A DNA stretch of 64,000 nt from Octopus sinensis. Its lineage: Eukaryota. The stretch spans positions 1 through 64,000 of the forward strand of contig NW_021834224.1 of NCBI RefSeq assembly GCF_006345805.1, in the 5' to 3' direction. Shown in pieces: positions 12,399 to 24,841 of this stretch (the first letter of the stretch is position 1; every line of letters starts with the position of its first letter). The position numbers and the translations under genes were made by a program. The notes under the pieces are model-generated. The model was not told the origin of the DNA. It saw nothing but the letters and a program-made list of their open reading frames with translations, and did not search any database.

Positions 12399-13700
12399 TT
12401 TTCTCCCCTCCATACACACACAAGCATGTATCTGACTCATACACTGTTCACTTTCCAGACATTTGTACATTACTGCATATGCAGACACCCATAAAATTAT
12501 TAACCATCTTATTAACAATAACTCTGAGCACCTTTTCAAACTCCACCTGTCTAACACCCGTGGCCATGTTTACAAAGTCAGAAAACAACACAGCTCCCAT
12601 GACTTTCGGAAACATTTTTTCACGCTGAGAGTTGCTGAAGCATGGAACAAACTGCCGGCATCAGTTGTTAGTTGTCGGAGCACTGCATCCTTCAAAACTT
12701 CCATGCTTTTTGAGATTCGCCAACACTACACCTGATTTTCTCCCCTCCATACACACGCAAGCATGTATCTGACTCATACACTGTTCACTTCCCAGACATT
12801 TGTACATTACTGCATATGCAGACACCCATGAAATTATTAACCATCTTCCAAACAATAACTCTGAGCACCTTTTCAAACTCCACCCGTCTAACACCCATGG
12901 ACATGTTTACAAAGTCAGAAAACAGCACAGCTCCCATGACTTCAGGAAACATCTTTTCACGCTAAGAGTTGCTGAAGCATGGAACAAACTGCTGGCATCA
13001 GTTGTTAGTTGTCGGAGCACTGCATCCTTCAAAACTTCCATGCTTCCTGAGATTCGCCAACACTACACTTGATTTTCTCCCCTCCATACACAAACAAGCA
13101 TCTATCTGACTCATACATTGTTTGCTTTCCAGACATTTGTACATTACTGCATATACTTTATACGTACTTTTTGACATGTTGAGGTGCACCTGAGCACTGT
13201 ATACAATAATTTCATTATTATTAGTTTATCCATGCTGCATTTTTTAGTTAGTTCATCATATTTCATATTTTCTGATATATCTTCTGTGATACAGACAATT
13301 CTCCAAATAAACAGACACCCATAAAATTATTAACCATCTTACAAACAATAACTTTGAGCATCTCAAACTCCACCCGTGGACATGTAAGTAAGAAAACAGC
13401 ACAGCTCCCATGACTTTAGGAAACATTTTTTCACACTGAGAGTAGCTGAAGCATGGAACAAACTGCCGGCATCAGTTGTTAGTTGTCGGAGCACTGCATC
13501 CTTCAAAACTTCCATGCTTCCTGAAGATTCGCCAACACTACACCTGATTTTCTCCCCTCAATACACACGCAAGCATGTATCTGACTTATACACTGTTCGC
13601 TTCCCAGACATTTGTACATTACTGCATATGCTTTATACACACCTTTTGACAAGTTGTGGTGCACCTGAGCACTGTATACAATAATTTCATTATTATTATA
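12399..13700 (+). mobile_element. CR1-clade LINE 3' end: 337-bp tandem repeats (12399-13225) plus a further copy (13305-13700)
   Basis: Peptide NTRGHVYKVRKQHSSHDFRKHFFTLRVAEAWNKLPASVVSCRSTASFK fits the CR1/L2 C-terminal TRGH...FF..RV...WN.LP...VV...FK motif; TTTTCTCCCC anchors at 12399, 12736 and 13073. Confidence 0.85.
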
Positions 13701-13781
13701 TTATCAAATAACTGAAACAAAAAAAAAGAAGAAAAGAAATAATACAAGAAAGCAAAAAAAAAAAAAAATTTAATTAATTAC

Positions 13782-13999
13782 CTGTGGCTCCAGGGTCCCA
13801 CCCGCTGTGTAATGGGGTCCTTGTTGATAACTTGTACGCGACACTTTTCATTTTGCCTTGTCTCGATGTAAAGATCCTCCGGCCGAATGTAAACGGTCCG
13901 TCCTATTTTGACCGCTATATCGGCCTTGTGAATGACCACACCGCACTCAATTAGTGCCACTTGGAACAGTGTCCAAAGCAAAAGCTGTAATAACTCCAT
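13782..13999 (-). CDS. FREM1: First coding exon of a FREM1-like (FRAS1-related ECM) protein: signal peptide + N-terminal domain; apparent 1-nt deletion near the exon end
   Basis: MELLQLLLWTLFQVALIECG (signal-like), then VVIHKADIAVKIGRTVYIRPEDL...KCRVQVINKDPITQRVG, matching the recalled FREM1 N-terminus ([25 protein letters not shown]). A +1 shift gives LEPQ followed by donor CAG|GTAATT at 13781. A strong acceptor TTTCTTTTTCTTTCTGTTTCAG lies at 14188. Confidence 0.75.
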
Positions 14000-14092
14000 C
14001 GCTTTCTTCAAACAATCCCCCCCTTGGTATATTGAATTTTTTCTTTGTATTTAATTTCTTAAATTTTTAAAATTATCTTATAATTTTGTTAT

Positions 14093-14126
<34 letters not shown>

Positions 14127-14307
14127 TTGTATTAGGGGCCTTTAGATAGGTTTCTTCTGACCATAAACTTTTTTAACTGGCATTCATCTGAAACAGAAAG
14201 AAAAAGAAACTGGTGATTAAAAGAGCTCAGTTTTATATTTAAGAGATGAGGAATTAAGTACGTTATTTACAATTGTTGGATATTTCACCTCATCTTGTTT
14301 GTTGTTA

Positions 14308-14347
14308 ACACAACGTTTCGGCTGATATACCGTTTTTCATCAGGTGT
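14308..14347 (-). ncRNA. Minimal type I hammerhead-like motif (Penelope-associated type) with a damaged stem II
   Basis: ACAC-CTGATGA-AAAACGGTATATCAGCC-GAAAC-GTT-GTGT; stem I is ACAC/GTGT. Confidence 0.55.
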
Positions 14348-14429
14348 CTTGGGGAAATTTCGAACCTGGGTTCCCATTCATAAGGTATTTTCACTGTTGT
14401 TGTTGTTGTTGTTGTTATTATTATTATTT

Positions 14430-14512
14430 TTTGCTGAACCACTAAGTTATGGGGATGTAAACACACCAGCATCGGTTATCAAGTGATGTTGGGGAAGGAC
14501 AAACAAACATAT

Positions 14513-14547
<35 letters not shown>

Positions 14548-15188
14548 CATGTACATATATACGATGGGCTTCTTTCAGCTTCTGCCTCTCAAATCTACTC
14601 ACAAGGCTTTGGTCAACTCGAGGCTATAGTGGAAGACACTAGTCCAAGGTGCCACGCAGTGGGACTGAACCTGAAACCATGTGGTCGGTAAGCAAGCTAC
14701 TTACCACACAGCCACTCCTATATATATATATATATATAACATATATGTGTGTGTGTGTGTGTGTATGTCTTTACACTTTTACTCTTTTACTTGTTTCAGT
14801 CATTTGACTGCGGCCATGCTGGAGCACCGCCTTTAATCGAGCAACTCGACCCCGGGACTTATTCTTTTTGTAAGCCCAGTACTTATTCTATCGGTCTCTT
14901 TTGCCGAACCGCTAAGTAACGGGGACATAAACACACCAGCAACGGTTGTCAAGCAATGTTAGGGGGACAAACACAGACACACAAACAAACACACACATAC
15001 ATATATATATATATACATATATACGACAGGCTTCTTCCAGTTTCCGTCTACCAAATCCACTCACAAGGCATTGGTCAGCCCGGGGCTAGAGCAGAAGACA
15101 CTTGCCCAAGATGCCACGCAGTGGGACTGAACCCAGAACCGTGTGGTTGGTTAGCAAGCTACTTACCACACAACCACTCCTGCGCCTA
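14430..15188 (-). mobile_element. Two SINE-A copies (14430-14720 partial; 14775-15188 full)
   Basis: Reverse complement of head, body and tail. Confidence 0.8.
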
Positions 15189-15222
15189 TATATAAACATA
15201 TATATTTATGTATGTGTGTGTG

Positions 15223-15262
<40 letters not shown>

Positions 15263-15429
15263 TATATGGGTGGATGAGTGCATGTGTGTGTTTTTGAGGT
15301 AGTTTCTCACAGAAATCTTTAAAATTATAAAACAACACATTTAAAAATCGTTCAAAAAAAATATTTCGGTAAAAAGAAATTAAAATATTCAAAACACCAA
15401 AAAATCAAGTTAAATTTAGAAACAACCGC

Positions 15430-15655
15430 ATCTTCATATATATATATATATATATATATTTCATCTCTTTAGATTATATACACAAGTTTTTAAACTCTTA
15501 TTTTATCCAATGAATGACGAAGATTGAATGTCTGGAAGGATTTTTTTTTTTTTTTTTAAATTGAAATCAAAGAAGAAAAATATGTGCAAATATATTTTCC
15601 GATCTGTTGCTTCCCACACTATATATATGATATAATATCCACGTGTATGTATCTA

Positions 15656-15697
<42 letters not shown>

Positions 15698-15718
15698 TAT
15701 ATATTCCATATATATATG

Positions 15719-15752
<34 letters not shown>

Positions 15753-15757
15753 TATAT

Positions 15758-15793
<36 letters not shown>

Positions 15794-16144
15794 ATTATAA
15801 TATATATATATTATATCTATATATTATATATATATATTCATATATATATATGTATATATATCTTCATATATATATTCATATATATATATGTATATATATA
15901 TATATTCATATATTATATATATATGTATATATATCTACATATATATCTTTACATACATATATATTACATACATAATATACTACACATATATACATAAACA
16001 TATATATACATACACATATATACATACACACATATATATATATAATATATATATACATACACATATATATACATATATAAACATACACATATATATATAC
16101 ATATACATATATATACATACACACACATACACACACACACACAT

Positions 16145-16178
<34 letters not shown>

Positions 16179-16246
16179 TCATATATATATCTACATACAT
16201 ATATATATATATGCATACATATACATACATATATATACATACACAC

Positions 16247-16277
<31 letters not shown>

Positions 16278-16500
16278 TATATATATGCATACACATATAT
16301 ATACATACACATATATACATACAGATATATATACATACACATATATATACATACACATATATAAACATACACATATATAAACATACACATATATATACAT
16401 ACATACACACACATATACATACATACACACACATATACATACACACACACACACACATACACACACATATATATGTATATATATATATATGCATATAATG
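15430..16500. repeat. TA/CA microsatellite block
   Basis: Direct inspection. Confidence 0.9.
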
Positions 16501-16816
16501 TTTATACTATCTGTGTGTGTTTCCTCGTTTATATGTGTGTATAGACATTATTTTTGTATTTTGGCAGTATTGATTAATCTCCTCCCATCAAAATTCTTAG
16601 TCTTGTGTCATTATTGTTGTTGTTGGTATCGAAGTAGCCCCGGCGTGCTAACGTTTCCGCCAGCTCGCCGCCTTAATCTTGAAAACGATGAAGAATTCAT
16701 TTAACCAATCTTGTCATTATGAAGCTGGTATTCGGAAGAATTTTTAACATGGAATTTTGAAGGGAGGTTTTGATAGGGATCCCTTTAACCCTTTAGTGTT
16801 CAGATTACTCTGTTAA

Positions 16817-17038
16817 CCCTTTCGTTACTGTATTTATTTTGAGATGTTCTGTGTTTCTTTCAATTAATTTTAAATATAACAAAGAATTTAGTAAAATAAC
16901 TTAGTTATCATTCAGCTAGTGTTAGGAACATAAATTGTGACTAAGGTTTGGTGGAAGATTTGAATTCAAAACTTATGAAAACAAGACATTTGTACTATAG
17001 AGCCAGAGCCGGTTTCAGCCAGGTTGGTAACAAAAGGG
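16817..17038. mobile_element. Second piggyBac-type MITE-B (222 bp) nested in MITE-A
   Basis: TTAA at 16813-16 and 17039-42; TIRs CCCTTTCGTTAC / GTAACAAAAGGG (11/12). Confidence 0.85.
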
Positions 17039-17211
17039 TTAAACGTAATACTTTTTCACTCAAATTATTTTCAATTAGTCATGCATTATCTTATAGCTTT
17101 GAGGTTTCAATGACATGATTGTTAATTTTTATAATGACATTGTAGGTTAGGTATGAGAGGCTAGATATGGCCAGTTTGAATATAAAACATGTAGAATATT
17201 TGGGTCGGATA

Positions 17212-17752
17212 AATCGAATTGAACCAGCCAGGATCCCTGGTCTGGTGGTACGTAAAAAGCACTATCCGACTCGTGGTCGATGCCAGCGCCGCCTCCACTG
17301 GCTTCCGTGCCGGTGGCACATAAAATACACCAATCCGACCGTACGACAGGCACCCATGCCAACCCCCTTTGCTTGCGAAGACATGTTGGGGCAAGCGAAA
17401 TCGAAATCGAATTGAACCAGCCTGGATCCCTGGTCTGGTGGTACATAAAAAGCACTATCCGACTCGTGGCCGATGCCAGCACCGCCTCCACTGGCTTCCG
17501 TGCCGGTGGCACATAAAATACACCAATCCAACCGTGGCCATTGCCAGCCTGCCTGGCACCTGTGCAGGTGGCACGTTAAAAAGCACCCACTACACTCACG
17601 GAGTGGTTGGCGTTAGGAAGGGCATCCAGCTGTAGAAACACTGCCAGATCAGACTGGAGCCTGGTGCAGCCTTCTGGCTTCCCAGATCCCCGGTCGAACC
17701 GTCCAACCCATGCTAGCATGGAAAACGGACGTTAAACGATGATGATGATGAT
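17212..17752 (+). mobile_element. SINE-B with a 194-bp internal tandem duplication, nested in MITE-A
   Basis: AATCGAATTGAACC at 17212 and 17406; (GAT)n tail. Confidence 0.8.
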
Positions 17753-18164
17753 GTGGCCGGTTTAAACACTAAAGGGTTAAAGAAGAAGCTTGTTTCACAG
17801 AACATTGGGGGTCTTTACCATTTCCGTTAGCTTCTGTCATTAGACTGAAGCCATGCTGGAAGTGGTTTTCTTTAACAATTCTACCCCAGGACTTATTTTA
17901 AAACCTGGTACTTATTCTATCGGTCTTTTTGTCAAACTGCTAAGTTACAGGGATGTAAACGCACCAATACGGATTGTCAAGTGATGATGTCTTCTTGTCT
18001 TGAGACAGCATTCACCCGGGGTGGGTTGAGCTGGCTTCATTCATCCTCAATGCTGCAACTCTCACAAACGCCGACCAGACCTGGCGATTTGAGGCTAATG
18101 ACCACGTGATCATCATCATCACTATTACCATCATCATCATAACGACTGTGTCGAGCTGACAGAA

Positions 18165-18520
18165 ACGTTACGTTCTGGGTTCAAATTCCGCCAAGGTCGA
18201 CTTTGCCTTTCATCCTTTCAGGGTCGATAAATTAAGTACCAGTTACGCACTGGGGTCAATGTAATCGACTTAATCCGTTTGTCTGTCCTTGTTTGTCCCC
18301 TTTATGTTTAGCTCCTTGTGGGTAATAAAGAAATAGATATTTCGTCTGCTGTTACGTTCTGAGTTCAAATTCCACCGAGGTCGACTTTGCCTTTCATCCT
18401 TTCGGGGTCGATTAAATAAGTACCAGTTACGCACTGGGGTTGATATAATTGACTTAATCCCTTTGTCTGTCCTTCTTTGTCCCCTCTGTGTTTAGCCCCT
18501 TGTGGGTAGTAAAGAAATAT
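18165..18520 (+). mobile_element. SINE-C dimer (184-bp unit)
   Basis: GTTCAAATTCC...GGTCGACTTTGCCTTTCATCCTTTC.GGGTCGAT occurs twice; same junction as the 63435-64000 array. Confidence 0.8.
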
Positions 18521-19458
18521 ATTACCATCGTCATCATCATCATCACCACCATCTTCACTATCATCATCATCATCATCATCACTATTACTATCATCATCAT
18601 CAGGACCTACATCATTACCTACATTACCACTGCCATCTTCGGCATCATATTCACCCCTCCGCGCACTGCCATCACCGCCGCCGCCGCCGCCACCACCACC
18701 ACCACCACCACCACCAACCACCACCACCACCGCCGCTATCCACGGCAGCCTCATTTTTACTGCAACCACCATCATTACAAACATCACCACCACAGTACCA
18801 TCATCATCACCACCACCACCAACACCACCACCACCAGCAACGCATTCATCAAAGATAAATCTGCATAAAGATGCACTGACTAAACTATTGATTTTTTTTC
18901 CTCCTCTCTTTCTCTCTCCATCCCTCCTTCTCTCTCTCTCTCTCCTCTCTCTCTCTCTTTCTCTTCTTTCTTTCTTTCCTCTTTTATTATTATTTTTTTT
19001 TTGTTTTTTTCTTCTTTATTTATTTTCCCCCTCTCTTTTTTCTTCAATTTAAACTTTCATCGCAGTTTCAAGCCTCCAAGACAGACAGTCTGTGTTTATC
19101 GTACATTGATCTCTCTCCTTGTACTTACTGCAACAACAAACAACAACAACAACAAGAGATAGTGCCAACGGCAACAACAACAACAACAACATTAACAGCA
19201 ACAACAACAGCAACAGCAATGACAACATCATCATCACCTTCACCATCATCATCACCATCACCATCTTTTATCATCACCATTACCATCTTCCCCACCACCA
19301 TTGACATCATCATCATCATCACTATCTTCACCACCACCATCGTCATCATCATCATCATCACCATCGCCATCATCATCATCATCATCATCACTATCACCAT
19401 CTTCACCACCACCATCATCATCATCATCATCTTCACCACCATCATCACCATCATTATC

Positions 19459-19507
<49 letters not shown>

Positions 19508-21104
19508 CCATCTTCACTACCACCATCGCCATCATCATCATCATCACCATCACCATCATCATCACCACAATCGCCATCATTATCATCATCATCATCATCA
19601 TCACCATCTTCACCACCACCATCCCCATCATCATCATCATCATCATCATCACCACCACCATCACCACCACCATCATCATCACCATCTTCATCATCATCAT
19701 CACCATCATCACCATCACCATCTTCACCACTACCATCCCCATCATCATCATCATCACCATCACTAGCACCTACATCACTACCAACATTACCACTTGTCAT
19801 CTTCAGCATCACATTCACCCCCTCCACCCACCGCCGCCACCACCACCGCCACCACCACCACCACCACCATCACCGTTGTCCACGGCAACCTCATCGCTTA
19901 CTACAACCTCATCATCATTACAAACATCACCACCGCAACAACAACCACAACAAGAACAACAACAACAACATTGGCAGTAACATCAGAAACCTTATAAATC
20001 TATGTGCCGTTATCATCAACATCATCATCATCATCATTATCATCGTCTTCGTCGTCGTCGTCAGCGTCATCGTTGTCGCTACAACCATTGATCTGTGTTG
20101 TATGACAACAACATCGAGAACAGCAACAGCGACAACAACAACATCTGCGTTATCAAAACAGGGGAAGCCTTATGAAAGATTGATCTCTGATCGTTGCTTT
20201 GTTATTATTATTATTATTATACCACCACCACCACCAACAACAACAACAGCATCACTGTCATTCCTATCACCATCATCATCGCCATCTTCACCTTCATCAT
20301 CATCGCCATCATTATCATCATCGTCATCATCATCATCATCATCATCCTCATCATCATCATCACCATCATCCTCATCATCATCATCACCATCATCCTCATC
20401 ATCATCATCACCATCATCCTCCTCCTCATCATCATCATCATCACCATCTTCACCATCATCGCCATCATTATCATCATCGTCATCATCAGCATCACCATCA
20501 TCCTCCTCATCATCCTCATCCTCATCCTCATCATCATCACCACCACCACCATCACTGTCATTCCTATCATCATCATCATCACCATCACCATCACCATCTT
20601 CACCACCACCATCACAACCATCATCATCATCATCATCACCATCATCACCACCACCACTACCACCATCATCCCCGCCACGACCACCATCATCAGTACTACT
20701 ACCACCAACACCACCACCACCACCATCATCATCCCCGCCACCAACACCATCATCACTACCACTGTCGCCGCCGCCACCGCCACCATCATCATCATCATCA
20801 TCTTCCTCATCCATACTTCAAACCCCCATCCCGCACCTCCACCCCACCCCCACCACCCCATCATGGCAATCACGATTTTCTTCCCTCCATGTCTACCTCC
20901 CGGCAAGTTGCAACACAGCTGCTTCATCAACAGCAACTACAACAGCAACAACATCGATAGCAACAGAAACAAGAACAACAACACCACCAACAACAACAAG
21001 ATAAACCTTATCGTGTATTGATCTTTCCTTGTTTTACACACAACAACAACAACAGCAGCAACAAGTTATATCAGAGATTCATCATCATTATCATCGTCAT
21101 CATC

Positions 21105-21136
<32 letters not shown>

Positions 21137-21162
21137 CATCACTATCATCATCAACGTCATCG

Positions 21163-21210
<48 letters not shown>

Positions 21211-21585
21211 CTATCATCATCAACGTCATCGTCATCATCATCATCATCATCATCATCATCGCTATCATCATCGCTATCATCATCACTATCATCATCATCG
21301 CCATCATCATCATCATCATCATCGCCATCATCATCGCCATCATCATCATCATCGCCATCATCATCGCCATCATAATCATCGCTATCATCATCGTCATCAT
21401 CATCACTATCTCCATCATCATCATCATCATCATCATCGTCATCGTCATCATCACCATCACCATCACCGATACACTCAGTGGCTGCCATCAGGCACCACTA
21501 CCATCATCATCATCATCATCACCATCACCACCACCACCACCACCATGACCATCATCATCATTATTCCTCATCGTTATCATCATCA
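18520..21585. repeat. Large compound CAT/CAC/CAA trinucleotide region (18520-18845, 19130-21585)
   Basis: Direct inspection; source of the poly-I/H/S/D/M ORFs. Confidence 0.9.
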
Positions 21586-21879
21586 ACACTATCTTAATCA
21601 TGATCGTCCTCATCGATTGCTAAATTTCTTCTCTTACCTTCAGGCAACGTGTGTACGAGCATGCGCGCGTGTGTGTGTGTGTGTGTGTGTGTGTACACAG
21701 TTACATCGACAACAACAACAACAACAACAACCTACCTGATCAATCATCGATCATCAGTCATCGATTGATCGCTATCCTCCACCTGTATCTAACGAGAGAC
21801 ATTGTGCTCTCCGACAACTATAAACAACTTCCAACTACACAAGTCAATGAGGAATCATCCTCTACGTGGTCACTCAATG

Positions 21880-23100
21880 TGCTAGAAACAGCAGTCAACT
21901 CTTCATCCAATCGCATCCAACTTTCTTATGTATGGATGTATGTATGAACCAATGAGGAAGACCTCCATGTAGTTGCCCGGTTTGCTAGAAAGAGCAGTCA
22001 AATACACTTCAGAAACACCCCTCGCTGTCTTAAGTATGTATGAGCCAAGGGACATCCATATATGGTGGCTAGATCTGTTAAAAATAGCAGCTAAGTCATT
22101 ATCAAAGTCACACGTTAGTGTCTTATGTGTGTACCTTTGTATGAGGGAACAAGCAAAGACCCCTGTATGATAGCTGGATCTGTTAGAAATAGCAGTCAAA
22201 ATGTCCCTCAACTCACGTCCAACTGTATTATGCATGGATGTATGTATGAACGAATAAGGGGACATCAATGTAGTTGCAAGGTTTGCTAGAAAGAGCAGCC
22301 AAATACACTTCAGAATCACACCTTGCTGTCTCATGTATGTATGTGCCAAGGGACACCCATATAAGGTGGTTAGGTCTGTTAGAAATAGCAGCCAAATGTC
22401 CCTCAAATCACATCCAACTGTCTGGATGTATGTATTAATCTTTTTTTCATTATTGTCATCACCAACACCACCACCACCGCCACAACCTTCTCTTCCCCTA
22501 CCTCCTCCTCCACATCATCATTGTTACCACCACCATCACCATCATCATCACTATCACTACCAACATCATCATCACCACCGCCACCATCACCATCACTAAC
22601 ACTACTACCATCATCATCATCATCATCACACTCTGTGTCACGCTGAATCTCCCTGAGAACTACATTAGGGGTACACATGTCTGTGGAGTACTCAGCCACT
22701 TGCACATTAATTTCACAAGCAGGCTGTTCCGTTGATCACATCAGCTGGAACCCTCGTCATCATAACTGATGAAGTGCTCCTTTTTTTTTTATGTACAAAC
22801 CAACGAGGAAGACCTATATGTAGTTGCCAGATTTTCTAGAAAGAGCAGTCAAATACACTTCAGAATCACACCTTGCTGTCTTATGTGTGTATGTGCCAAG
22901 GGACACCCATATAAGGTGGCTAGATCTGTCAGAAATAGCAGCTAAGTCTTTATCAAAGTCACACGGTAGTGTCTTATGCTTTGTATGAGGGAACAAGCAT
23001 AGACCCCTGTTTGATAGCTAGGTCTGTTAGAAATAGCAGCCAAATGTCCCTCAAATCACATCCAACTGTTTTATGCATGGATGTATGTATTAACCTTTTT
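21880..23100 (+). repeat. Diverged minisatellite of ~95-110 bp units in a ~300-bp three-unit pattern, interrupted at 22430-22790
   Basis: Recurring CTG.TAGAAA.AGCAG(T/C)CAAA motif; the unit order at 21935-22230 is repeated at 22790-23100. Confidence 0.7.
22630..22780 (+). mobile_element. SINE-D 3' tail
   Basis: TGTGTCACGCTGAAT...GAGAACTAC.TTA.GGGTACAC matches 32014-32160. Confidence 0.75.
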
Positions 23101-23129
23101 TTCATTATTGTCACCACCACCACCATGAC

Positions 23130-23565
23130 CACCACCTTGGGCAAGTGTCTTCTACTATAGCCTCAGTCCGACGAAAGCCTTGTGAGTGGATTTGGTAGAC
23201 GGAAACTGAAAGAAGCCCGTCGTATATGTATGTATATATAAATATGTATGTGTGTGTATATGTTTGTATGTTTGTGTTTGGCCCTCCAACATCACTTGAC
23301 AACTGATGCAGTTCAGCAAAAGAGACCCGATAGAATAAGTACTAGGCTTACAAAGAATAAGTCCTGGGGTCGATTTGCTCGATCGACTAAAGGCGGTGCT
23401 CCAGCATGGCCGCAGTCAAATGACTGAAACAAGTAAAAGAGACCGATAGAATAAGTACCAGGCTTACTAAGAATGAGTCCTGGGGGTCGATTTGCTCGAC
23501 TAAAGGCAGTGCTCCAGCATGGCCACAGTCAAATGACTGAAACAAGTAAAAGAGTAAAGAGTAAT
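23130..23565 (+). mobile_element. 5'-truncated SINE-A with a duplicated tail
   Basis: Tail GGTGCTCCAGCATGGCC.CAGTCAAATGACTGAAACAAGTAAAAGAG occurs twice. Confidence 0.8.
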
Positions 23566-23869
23566 GTAAAGAAAGTGTGTACAGCAGTGGAAATCAGATG
23601 GAAAAGATAAGGAGATAAGAAAACATCTCTGGCAAATTAACGAGGAATCTGCAGGTATTCTTGTAGCACCTGTAAATCTTTGATTTATACCTGGAATTAT
23701 TGGAGCATTTTATTATAAAGCCAGCTGCCTCAGTACCAGTCTTGAGAAGTTAAACTTCACAAAACCATTAAAGATAATTAGCAGATTATAATTACAAGCC
23801 ATTAACGAAACAGTTAGAATATGGAAAGCAATCTAGAAGTTTAGGCTGTAATAACTGTATGTAAATTTG

Positions 23870-24090
23870 CACAGACACACACATACATGCACGCGTGTGT
23901 GTACACACACATACATGCACGCGTGTGTGTACACACACACATGCGCATACACACAAACACACATGCACACACATATGCACACACATATGCGCACACACAA
24001 ACACACAAAAACACAAACTTGCACACGCTCACACACACAAACACAGACACACACTCACAAACATACACACATGCACACACTCATGCGCAT

Positions 24091-24126
<36 letters not shown>

Positions 24127-24468
24127 ATGCACACACACACATGCTCACACACACACACAAACACACACAACCACACACACTTACACACACAGATGCATGC
24201 GCGCACACACAAACACATACACGCATGCACACACACACATGCTCACACACACACAACACACACACACACACACAAACACACATGCACACACACACACAAC
24301 ACACACACACACACACACAACACACATGCACACACACACACAAACACACACAACCACACACACTTACACACACAGATGCATGCGCGCACACACAAACACA
24401 TACACGCATGCACACACACACATGCTCACACAACACAAACATACACACACACACACACAAACACACAT

Positions 24469-24506
<38 letters not shown>

Positions 24507-24673
24507 ATGCACACACACACACAAACACACACAACCACACACACTTACACACACAGATGCATGCGCGCACACACAAACACATACACGCATGCACACACAC
24601 CACACACAGATGCATGTACACACATGCACACACACACACAAACACACACATACACACATGCACACACTCATGT

Positions 24674-24711
<38 letters not shown>

Positions 24712-24740
24712 ATGCACACACACACATGCACACACATACA
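23870..24740. repeat. (CA)n-based repeat with a ~182-bp higher-order unit
   Basis: TTACACACACAGATGCATGCGCGC at 24181, 24364 and 24545. Confidence 0.85.
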
Positions 24741-24744
24741 TTGG

Positions 24745-24773
24745 TAGACCAAAACTGAAAGAAGCCTGTTGTA

Positions 24774-24841
<68 letters not shown>

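Larger units (their letters stand above)
16789..17776 (+). mobile_element. piggyBac-type MITE-A (host of two nested insertions)
   Basis: TTAA (16785-88) CCCTTTAGTGTT ... AACACTAAAGGG TTAA (17777-80). TTAA target duplication and CCC/GGG termini are piggyBac hallmarks. Interior matches the satellite monomer in reverse. Confidence 0.8.

Noticed and set aside
19125-21739. 567-aa S/P-rich ORF and poly-H/I/D/M ORFs (also 4706-6109, 9306-9875)
   Set aside because: Pure trinucleotide tracts with no splice or domain support.
21880-23100. Decayed C2H2 zinc-finger array
   Set aside because: Units are 92-110 bp rather than 84, with no CxxC/HxxxH or TGEKP in a consistent frame.
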